From the IMG/VR virus record IMGVR_UViG_3300025267_000099, positions 1 to 25,874 of that record: DNA of 25,874 nt; one strand, 5' to 3'. Position numbers and translations under genes: made by a program. Origin of the DNA: a virus (taxonomy: Duplodnaviria; Caudoviricetes). The notes under the pieces are model-generated. The model was not told the DNA's origin. It did no database searches and saw nothing but the letters and a program-made list of their open reading frames with translations. Below, one piece after another: positions 16,916 through 23,460 of this stretch. Every line of letters starts with the position of its first letter. Position 1 is the first letter of the stretch.

Positions 16916-17744
16916 AGAGACAACAATTCAACCATCAACAATCGAAACAATTGATTTGGCATTGTACGATCTTATCGATAAGCAATTTGATCTCAATACT
17001 AACACAAACTCCGGTTTTAAAAAAGTGCCGGTTTTGTGGATTTCGCCGGAACGATCGTTTCATATTAAAGAAAAGCAAATTAGAGATTCTGTTGGGAAAT
17101 TAAAACTACCTTTGATAACAATTGAAAGAGCATCTTTCGCGAAAGATTCGCAATTTAAAGGGGGTTTTCAAGCAAATATTTTTCCAGATAAAAGTGGGCC
17201 TCGCGGATATCGCAAACATCAATTAAAAGCCGCTCAGTCCATTGCTAGAACCTCTACAAGAAAATATGCTTCGGCGGATGCTTACCGGAAGAAAGGGCAA
17301 TATCACTATCCCACTGATAATAAAAAAATTGTTTATGAAGAAATCTATATGCCGATACCAGTGTGGATTACTGTTATGTATTCTATTACGTTGAGAACAG
17401 AATATCAACAACAAATGAATGATCTGATCACTCCTTTTATTACAAGAACCGGTAATATCAATGCATTGTTGATGGAGAAAAATAAACACAGATATGAAGC
17501 ATTTATTCAACAGGATTTTGCTCAAACAAATAACTCATCAAATCTTGGAGAAGAGGAGAGATCATTTCAAACTAAAGTTGACATTAAAGTATTGGGATAC
17601 CTTCTTGGCGATGGAGAAAATGAGGAGGTACCAAAGATTATTAAGAAAGAAACCATTGTTGAACTTAAATTAATTAGGGAAAGAACTATCGTTGGAGACG
17701 AAAAACCCTGGGAGACCGACAACAAGAAATATAGGGACATTTAG
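16905..17744 (+). CDS. Tail terminator/sheath stabiliser (gp15-like)
   Basis: KVPVLW..PER, LPLITIER and P.PV.ITV.YSI motifs; located between neck and sheath genes. Confidence 0.7.
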   Translation: MHSKETTIQPSTIETIDLALYDLIDKQFDLNTNTNSGFKKVPVLWISPERSFHIKEKQIRDSVGKLKLPLITIERASFAKDSQFKGGFQANIFPDKSGPRGYRKHQLKAAQSIARTSTRKYASADAYRKKGQYHYPTDNKKIVYEEIYMPIPVWITVMYSITLRTEYQQQMNDLITPFITRTGNINALLMEKNKHRYEAFIQQDFAQTNNSSNLGEEERSFQTKVDIKVLGYLLGDGENEEVPKIIKKETIVELKLIRERTIVGDEKPWETDNKKYRDI

Positions 17745-17757
17745 TGATTTTCCAAAA

Positions 17758-17786
17758 TTGCACAACTATTTAATAAGAATTAGAAT
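17758..17786 (+). promoter_or_regulatory. ACTATTTA late motif (17765-17772) nested in sigma70-like TTGCAC-17-TAGAAT
   Basis: The motif lies 34 nt before the sheath ATG, in a context very similar to 10983-11011. Confidence 0.6.
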
Positions 17787-17806
17787 TACTAAAGGAGAAC
17801 TAGTCC

Positions 17807-20800
17807 ATGGCTAAAAAATTTGATTTTCTATCTCCCGGGATTGAAATGCGAGAAGTTGACCAAAGCTTCATTCCTGGCGAAAGAGATGCTGAAGGGCCGA
17901 TTATCATTGGTCGAACTAGAAAGGGTCCGGCTAATAAACCTGTAAAAATTAGAAATCTTGATGATTTTGTATCGGTCTTCGGGGCACCTGTTCCTGGTGG
18001 AACCGGCGATCAGGGCGATATCTGGCGAGAAGGCAACACAACAGGCCCAACATATGCTTCTTACGCTGCGCAGGCTTGGCTGGCATCGGAAGAGTCACCT
18101 GTTGTTGTGGTTAGATTAGCAGGAGAACAACACCCGAATGCTAGTGCTGGATATGCTGGTTGGAAACTTGATGCCACCCCAAGCGCTACCATTTCTAGCA
18201 ACGGAACCGCTTACGGACTTTTCTTGGTTAATTCTGGATCTACTGATTTTGGTACCGGCTCTCTTGCTGCTGTTCTTTACGCAAATGAGGGATACATCAC
18301 CCTTACCGGTTCTCATCATGTCTCGGGCAGTATGGGATCCCAAACAATCAATGAGGCTGGAACATTTATCAAATCTGTTGGAGCTGGCAGAGCATTTAAA
18401 TTTAATATCTACAACTCAGCTGGAACTCTTTTGGAAACCCCGGTTGTAAATTTCAGTCGAAATTCTTCTAAATACATACGTAATGTTTTAAATACCAATC
18501 CACAATTAACTAACAGCACTGTTATCGATTCTGCTGATTTAAAAACATATTGGCTTGGTGAATCATATGTTCGAAATGTTGAAGACACTGTGACAAACAC
18601 GGCGGCTGGTACTGTTTATGGTATTTTGCTACCACTAGAAAGTGGTTCGTTATCTGACAACAATTGGTCCGATCGGAATGAATCAGCAAAAGAAGCAAAA
18701 TCTGGCTGGGTTATATCACAAAAAGCAACTAATCAAGTAAAGCTTTTCCGACTTAAAGCGATGTCAGTTGGAAATGAAACTCAAAGAAATTATATGATTG
18801 CAGTTGAAAGCATTAAAGAGCCAACAAACTCCAATGTGGAATCTTATGGCTCTTTTACAGTCGCAGTCAAAGACATGTCCGGAATGGCTGTTGAAAGATT
18901 TTCCAATGTTAACTTAAATCCTGCTTCTCCAAACTATATTGGAAAAAGAATTGGCGATCAATACATGACTTGGGATAATAGCAATCGACGCTATAGAACA
19001 TATGGGGATTATCCAAATCAATCCGATCTCATTTATGTTGATATAAATCAAAATATCGCCGATGGCGGCGGAGCTGGTCTCCTCCCCGCGGGATTCTACG
19101 GTCCGGTTCGACCGAAAGGTTTTACTCTTGCATATGGTCACAATACTGCTCAAGCATTTGGAGATGGTGGGCCTTCTGGAACTAAAGCAGCCATTGTTAT
19201 TACAGTTGCAGGAGGTGAATTGGTCGAGAATGATGTATTTACAGTCACCTTGGCTGGTGATGCATACCAAGTAACCGTCGGTTCGACTTCAGTCACAAGC
19301 GCCACTTCATTTACTGATGGTGGTGTTGCAGCATCTCCTCGATACACTGCCATTATCAAAGCAGAAACCGACGATGGCGGTACTCCAACGGGTGATGATT
19401 TGCAAGAACTCTTTAACAGTGTCGATGGTTACACAGCTACTGATAATAACAGTGGCGTGGTCACAATTACAGCGGATAAAGCGGGTGCTTTCTGGGACAT
19501 AAGTTATGCCGAAACCACCGATGCGAATTCTAGAATATCTGCCGCTACTCCAACTGCTGGTACTGGTTCCGATGGTTTTCTTGGCGCTTTTGTTAAAGGA
19601 AACAATACTTGCCCAGCAATGGGCGGCACTTCAACTGTATTTGCGGCTGGCCCTCTTCACTATACGGCTTCGTTTAATTTCCCAAAAATACCTTTAAGAG
19701 ATGCGGGAACTGACGGCGCTGCACCAGATCCTTATCGAGTTTATTATGGAATTCGTCCAAAACTTTCAACAACGTCTACTACTAATGACCCAGATTATGT
19801 TGATTATGTAAGAAGTCTGAATGCAGGAGCTGATGCTCATACACCAACTAATGATGATCATTTTGAATATTCATTTATCTTCACTTTAGACGACTTAGTT
19901 GTTAACAGCGACGAGAATACTGTAACTTATACATCTGGTTCTTGGTCTGCTACTGCAAATACGTCTACAACTTCATTTACCTCTCCTCAAAATGCACAAA
20001 CTAATCAAAATGGAACATTCGGAGAACTTCTTGATCTCAATGTTCGTCAGTTTTTGATGCCGATTTGGGGTGGTACTGAGGGCTTTGATATTACAGAAAA
20101 AGAGCCTCTTAGAAATGATGGAATTGGTTCTTCTCTTGCTGAGACAACCAATTACGTACAATACACTCTTCTTAAAGCGATTGATTCTATAAAGGATCCC
20201 GAGGTTGTTCCAGGGAATCTATTAATGGCGCCTGGTATCTACGAGCCATTAATCACCAATAAACTTATCAGCATTGCTGAAGATCGAAAAGATGTTTTGG
20301 CGGTTATCGATCTCGAAAACGATTACGTTCCGACAGCGGAATCTAAAGACACTGCTGCTAATCGACTTGGTTCAGTAACGAGCGCAGTTTCTAGTCTTAA
20401 GTCTAGAAATCTTAATTCAAGTTATGCGTGTTGTTTTTACCCTTGGGTTCAGGTGGCAGATAATATCTCTGGAGGCCAATATGTTTGGATTCCATCTTCT
20501 GTTGCCGGCCTTGGAGCAATGGCAAAATCTCAAGCACAATCTGAAGTTTGGTTTGCGCCGGCTGGATTTAATCGAGGCGGACTTGGAAATCTTGGAGGCC
20601 GGCGAGGTCCCCCTGTTATCTCTGCAAGACAAAGGCTTGATTCTAATGAAAGAGACTCTTTGTACGAGGTTAACATTAATCCAATCGCTACATTCCCTGC
20701 CGAAGGTGTTGTGATATTCGGACAAAAAACTCTTCAAGCAGGACAATCAGCACTAGATCGAATTAATGTCCGCAGGTTGCTTCTTTATCTAAAGTCTAAA

Positions 20801-21070
20801 GTTAGCACAGTTGCTAGAAATCTTTTATTTGATCAAAATGTTGATTCTACTTGGGCAAGATTTAAATCTCAAGTCAATCCAGTGTTAGCAGGTACGCAAG
20901 CGAGATTTGGTTTAACAGATTATAAATTGGTTCTTGATGAAACAACGACAACTGCTGACTTGATTGACCGTAATGTTATGTATGCAAAAATCTACATTAA
21001 GCCTGCTCGAGCCATCGAATATATTGTTGTTGATTTTGTTATCACCAGAACTGGTGCAGAATTTGTTTAA
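17807..21070 (+). CDS. Tail sheath protein (gp18-like), 1087 aa
   Basis: SPGIEMREVD N-terminus; WFAPAGFNRG, RD.LY...INPI..FP.EG.VIFGQKTLQ, SALDRINVRRLL and IKPARAIEYI. Confidence 0.96.
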   Translation: MAKKFDFLSPGIEMREVDQSFIPGERDAEGPIIIGRTRKGPANKPVKIRNLDDFVSVFGAPVPGGTGDQGDIWREGNTTGPTYASYAAQAWLASEESPVVVVRLAGEQHPNASAGYAGWKLDATPSATISSNGTAYGLFLVNSGSTDFGTGSLAAVLYANEGYITLTGSHHVSGSMGSQTINEAGTFIKSVGAGRAFKFNIYNSAGTLLETPVVNFSRNSSKYIRNVLNTNPQLTNSTVIDSADLKTYWLGESYVRNVEDTVTNTAAGTVYGILLPLESGSLSDNNWSDRNESAKEAKSGWVISQKATNQVKLFRLKAMSVGNETQRNYMIAVESIKEPTNSNVESYGSFTVAVKDMSGMAVERFSNVNLNPASPNYIGKRIGDQYMTWDNSNRRYRTYGDYPNQSDLIYVDINQNIADGGGAGLLPAGFYGPVRPKGFTLAYGHNTAQAFGDGGPSGTKAAIVITVAGGELVENDVFTVTLAGDAYQVTVGSTSVTSATSFTDGGVAASPRYTAIIKAETDDGGTPTGDDLQELFNSVDGYTATDNNSGVVTITADKAGAFWDISYAETTDANSRISAATPTAGTGSDGFLGAFVKGNNTCPAMGGTSTVFAAGPLHYTASFNFPKIPLRDAGTDGAAPDPYRVYYGIRPKLSTTSTTNDPDYVDYVRSLNAGADAHTPTNDDHFEYSFIFTLDDLVVNSDENTVTYTSGSWSATANTSTTSFTSPQNAQTNQNGTFGELLDLNVRQFLMPIWGGTEGFDITEKEPLRNDGIGSSLAETTNYVQYTLLKAIDSIKDPEVVPGNLLMAPGIYEPLITNKLISIAEDRKDVLAVIDLENDYVPTAESKDTAANRLGSVTSAVSSLKSRNLNSSYACCFYPWVQVADNISGGQYVWIPSSVAGLGAMAKSQAQSEVWFAPAGFNRGGLGNLGGRRGPPVISARQRLDSNERDSLYEVNINPIATFPAEGVVIFGQKTLQAGQSALDRINVRRLLLYLKSKVSTVARNLLFDQNVDSTWARFKSQVNPVLAGTQARFGLTDYKLVLDETTTTADLIDRNVMYAKIYIKPARAIEYIVVDFVITRTGAEFV

Positions 21071-21073
21071 AGT

Positions 21074-21081
21074 ACTATTTA
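21074..21081 (+). promoter_or_regulatory. Putative late promoter ACTATTTA
   Basis: In the 32-nt gap between sheath and tube genes, 21 nt before ATG. Confidence 0.65.
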
Positions 21082-21102
21082 ATTTAAAAGGAGAAACACT
21101 CA

Positions 21103-21744
21103 ATGTCATTTTGGTCTGAAGCACATGGAATAGGGAACAAGGAGCCTAAAAGAAAATTTAGGTTTAAGATTATTTTCAATGGTCTCGCTGATGATTCCGG
21201 TTATGTATGGTTTGCTAAATCTGTTAACAAGCCTAATTTTGAAATTAGTGAAAGCGAACACACTTTTCTAACTCATAAATTCTATTATCCTGGTCGTGTA
21301 ACTTGGAGTACCATCGATATGGTTTTAGTTGACCCCGTTTCTCCCGGAGCAACTGCTCAATTAAATGCTCTATTGGATGCACAAGGATATGCAATTCCTA
21401 ACGGCCCTGGGGGATCTTATGAAACTATGTCAAAAGGCAAAGGAGCAGCGGCTCTTGGAAATATCCAAATTGAACAATTAGATTCAACTGGTGCCGCTAT
21501 CGAAAGGTGGACTCTTCAAAACCCATTTGTCAAGGGCGTTAAGTATGGCGATTTAGATTATAGTGCGGAAGACCTTGTAGAAATTACCTTGACTCTTCGT
21601 TATGACTGGGCTATCTGTGATATTCTTCCAGGCGACACTACTGCTGGTATTGATACTAACGTTGGTGCAGATATTTCAAAAATTGAGATTGGAGACGCTC
21701 AGATGCCACCTCCGGCCAATAGTTTCTTTAATCCCGAAGCATAG
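21103..21744 (+). CDS. Tail tube protein (gp19-like) 1
   Basis: EPKRKFRF, YPGRVTWSTI...DPVSP, ERWTL.NPF...YGDLDYS...ITLTLRYDWA. Confidence 0.9.
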   Translation: MSFWSEAHGIGNKEPKRKFRFKIIFNGLADDSGYVWFAKSVNKPNFEISESEHTFLTHKFYYPGRVTWSTIDMVLVDPVSPGATAQLNALLDAQGYAIPNGPGGSYETMSKGKGAAALGNIQIEQLDSTGAAIERWTLQNPFVKGVKYGDLDYSAEDLVEITLTLRYDWAICDILPGDTTAGIDTNVGADISKIEIGDAQMPPPANSFFNPEA

Positions 21745-21754
21745 TGAGGTTTAA

Positions 21755-22384
21755 ATGGCTTTTTGGACTCTTCGAGATTTCACGCCAAAATTAAAAGATA
21801 GGTTTGTTGTGATAATTGGTGGAAGATTTGTGATTGCCGCCAAATCAGTTAGCAAGCCTACTTTAACATTTGACAATAAAGAATACAAAATGATCAATCA
21901 TCATTTTAAGTATCCCGGATTGCCTAAGTGGAATACAGTTAAGGTCACATTTGTTGATATGGCAGGTCAAGTTGATCGAGCAGGAACTCCCGCTGCAGCC
22001 GAACCTGCGGAACCACCGACCAATACCACGAATTCGGATACGGCACAATATCTGATGAAATTGACAACGGATGGAGGTTATTCTAATCCAGATGACACCA
22101 AATCAGTTTCAAAACAAGATATGGTAAAGGCACTAGGCGAAGTAATGATCCAGCAGATAGACAATACAGCAACCGGACCGGAAGGTAATAGGAAAATTAA
22201 AGTTGTAGAACAATGGAAGTTGATTAATCCAATTATAAAGTCTATCACTTGGGGGGATCTTGGTTATGGTGAGGATGGTTTGGTAGAATACAGTTTAGAA
22301 CTGGATTATGATTATGCGGAGCATTCAAAAGGACATAATCTTTTTGGAACTCCTGATGTTGAAAGTAAAGAAGATAATAAATGA
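21755..22384 (+). CDS. Tail tube-like protein 2 (gp19 paralogue)
   Basis: PKLKDRF, KSVSKP, YPGLPKWNTV, EQWKL.NP...WGDLGY...LELDYDYA; collinear with the upstream paralogue. Confidence 0.8.
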   Translation: MAFWTLRDFTPKLKDRFVVIIGGRFVIAAKSVSKPTLTFDNKEYKMINHHFKYPGLPKWNTVKVTFVDMAGQVDRAGTPAAAEPAEPPTNTTNSDTAQYLMKLTTDGGYSNPDDTKSVSKQDMVKALGEVMIQQIDNTATGPEGNRKIKVVEQWKLINPIIKSITWGDLGYGEDGLVEYSLELDYDYAEHSKGHNLFGTPDVESKEDNK

Positions 22385-22391
22385 GGTATAA

Positions 22392-23228
22392 ATGAGAAGA
22401 AATAATGAAGACCGATTAATGGACGGTCATAAACCACAAAAAACGGAGGATGCCCCTCAAATGGCTAACCCAATGGATTTTGTAACACCAACAGAGTTTG
22501 TTGAACTTCCATCAAAAGGCAGATATCCAACGGGGCATCCACTAAGCGGCCAAGATACAATTGAAATTAAGTATATGACCGCAAAAGACGAGGATTTATT
22601 GACGAATCGATCTTTGCTAAGAAAAGGCTTGGCGATTGACCGAGTCGTCGATAATTTGATTAAAGATAAGTCAATCAGAGGAGAATCTTTGTACATTGGA
22701 GATAGAAACGCTATTTTAATTTATGCCAGGGCATCAGCATATGGCAATATCTACAAAACAAAAGTTACTTGTCCAAGTTGCGCAATAACCTCAAAACAAA
22801 ATTTTGATCTAAATGAACATGAATCTTACCATGGTGATGAATATCAAGAGTTTGGGATTGAAATGACGAAAAATATGACATTTAAAACAACATTGCCCCT
22901 ATCTAAAATTGTGGCAGAGATTAGGCCACTGCTTGGAGTTGACGAACAACAGATGGTCAAGAAAAATAAGAACGATAAACTGTTAGATAATTTAATCACA
23001 AACCAAATGAAGCAATTTGTTGTTTCTTTCAATGGCCATGATTCCAAAAAGATTATCAATCATGTAATTGACAATATGACTGCAATGGATTCAAAACATT
23101 TAAGAAATGTTTTTAAAGCAATTTCCCCAGATTTACAAATCAAAGATACCTTTGAATGTTCCGAGTGCGGACATGAGGAGGTAATGACGGTACCGTTCGG
23201 TGCCGACTTTTTTTGGCCTAACGAATGA
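22392..23228 (+). CDS. gp26-like baseplate hub/tail assembly chaperone with zinc-binding CxxC pairs
   Basis: VELPSKG..YP, MTAKDEDLL, L..GDRNAILI.AR..AYG, CPSC and CSECG; ends FFWPNE. Confidence 0.75.
   Translation: MRRNNEDRLMDGHKPQKTEDAPQMANPMDFVTPTEFVELPSKGRYPTGHPLSGQDTIEIKYMTAKDEDLLTNRSLLRKGLAIDRVVDNLIKDKSIRGESLYIGDRNAILIYARASAYGNIYKTKVTCPSCAITSKQNFDLNEHESYHGDEYQEFGIEMTKNMTFKTTLPLSKIVAEIRPLLGVDEQQMVKKNKNDKLLDNLITNQMKQFVVSFNGHDSKKIINHVIDNMTAMDSKHLRNVFKAISPDLQIKDTFECSECGHEEVMTVPFGADFFWPNE
23208..23214 (+). other. T7 slippery run, candidate programmed +1/-2 frameshift site
   Basis: GAC TTT TTT TGG (DFFW) in frame 0 versus TTT TTT GGC CTA (FFGL) in the +1 frame, which stays open to 23394. Confidence 0.6.
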
Positions 23229-23394
23229 TTACATGGAGCAAGTCTATGAGACTTTCTTTGTTTTGAAACATTATGGTGGGTGGTCTCTTTTTGAGTTGTA
23301 TAATCTCCCAGTTGGCCTTCGCGACTGGTGGTTAAAGCGAACCGTCGAGGAATACGAGAAAGAAAAGAAAGAAATGGATAAAGCCAGAAGGTAA
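23209..23394 (+). CDS. Small tail-assembly ORF, probable frameshift extension of the upstream gene
   Basis: FFGLTNDYMEQVYETFFVLKHYGGWSLFELYNLPVGLRDWWL... Overlaps the upstream gene, has no clear SD before ATG 23233, and is followed by a terminator. Confidence 0.7.
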   Translation, partial: FFGLTNDYMEQVYETFFVLKHYGGWSLFELYNLPVGLRDWWLKRTVEEYEKEKKEMDKARR

Positions 23395-23397
23395 GAT

Positions 23398-23425
23398 ATG
23401 CTCGATGTAAAGTCGAGCATTTTTT
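23398..23425 (+). terminator. Intrinsic terminator
   Basis: ATGCTCGA-TGTAAAG-TCGAGCAT followed by TTTTT. Confidence 0.8.
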
Positions 23426-23432
23426 CTTATTA

Positions 23433-23440
23433 ACTATTTA
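23433..23440 (+). promoter_or_regulatory. Putative late promoter ACTATTTA
   Basis: Immediately after the terminator, 20 nt before ATG 23461. Confidence 0.65.
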
Positions 23441-23460
23441 GATACAAGAAGGATCTATTC

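Noticed and set aside
12295-21070. Intein or intron explaining the long capsid and sheath genes
   Set aside because: No frame interruption, no C...HN splice motifs and no LAGLIDADG/HNH signatures noticed; the extra length looks like structural insertion domains.
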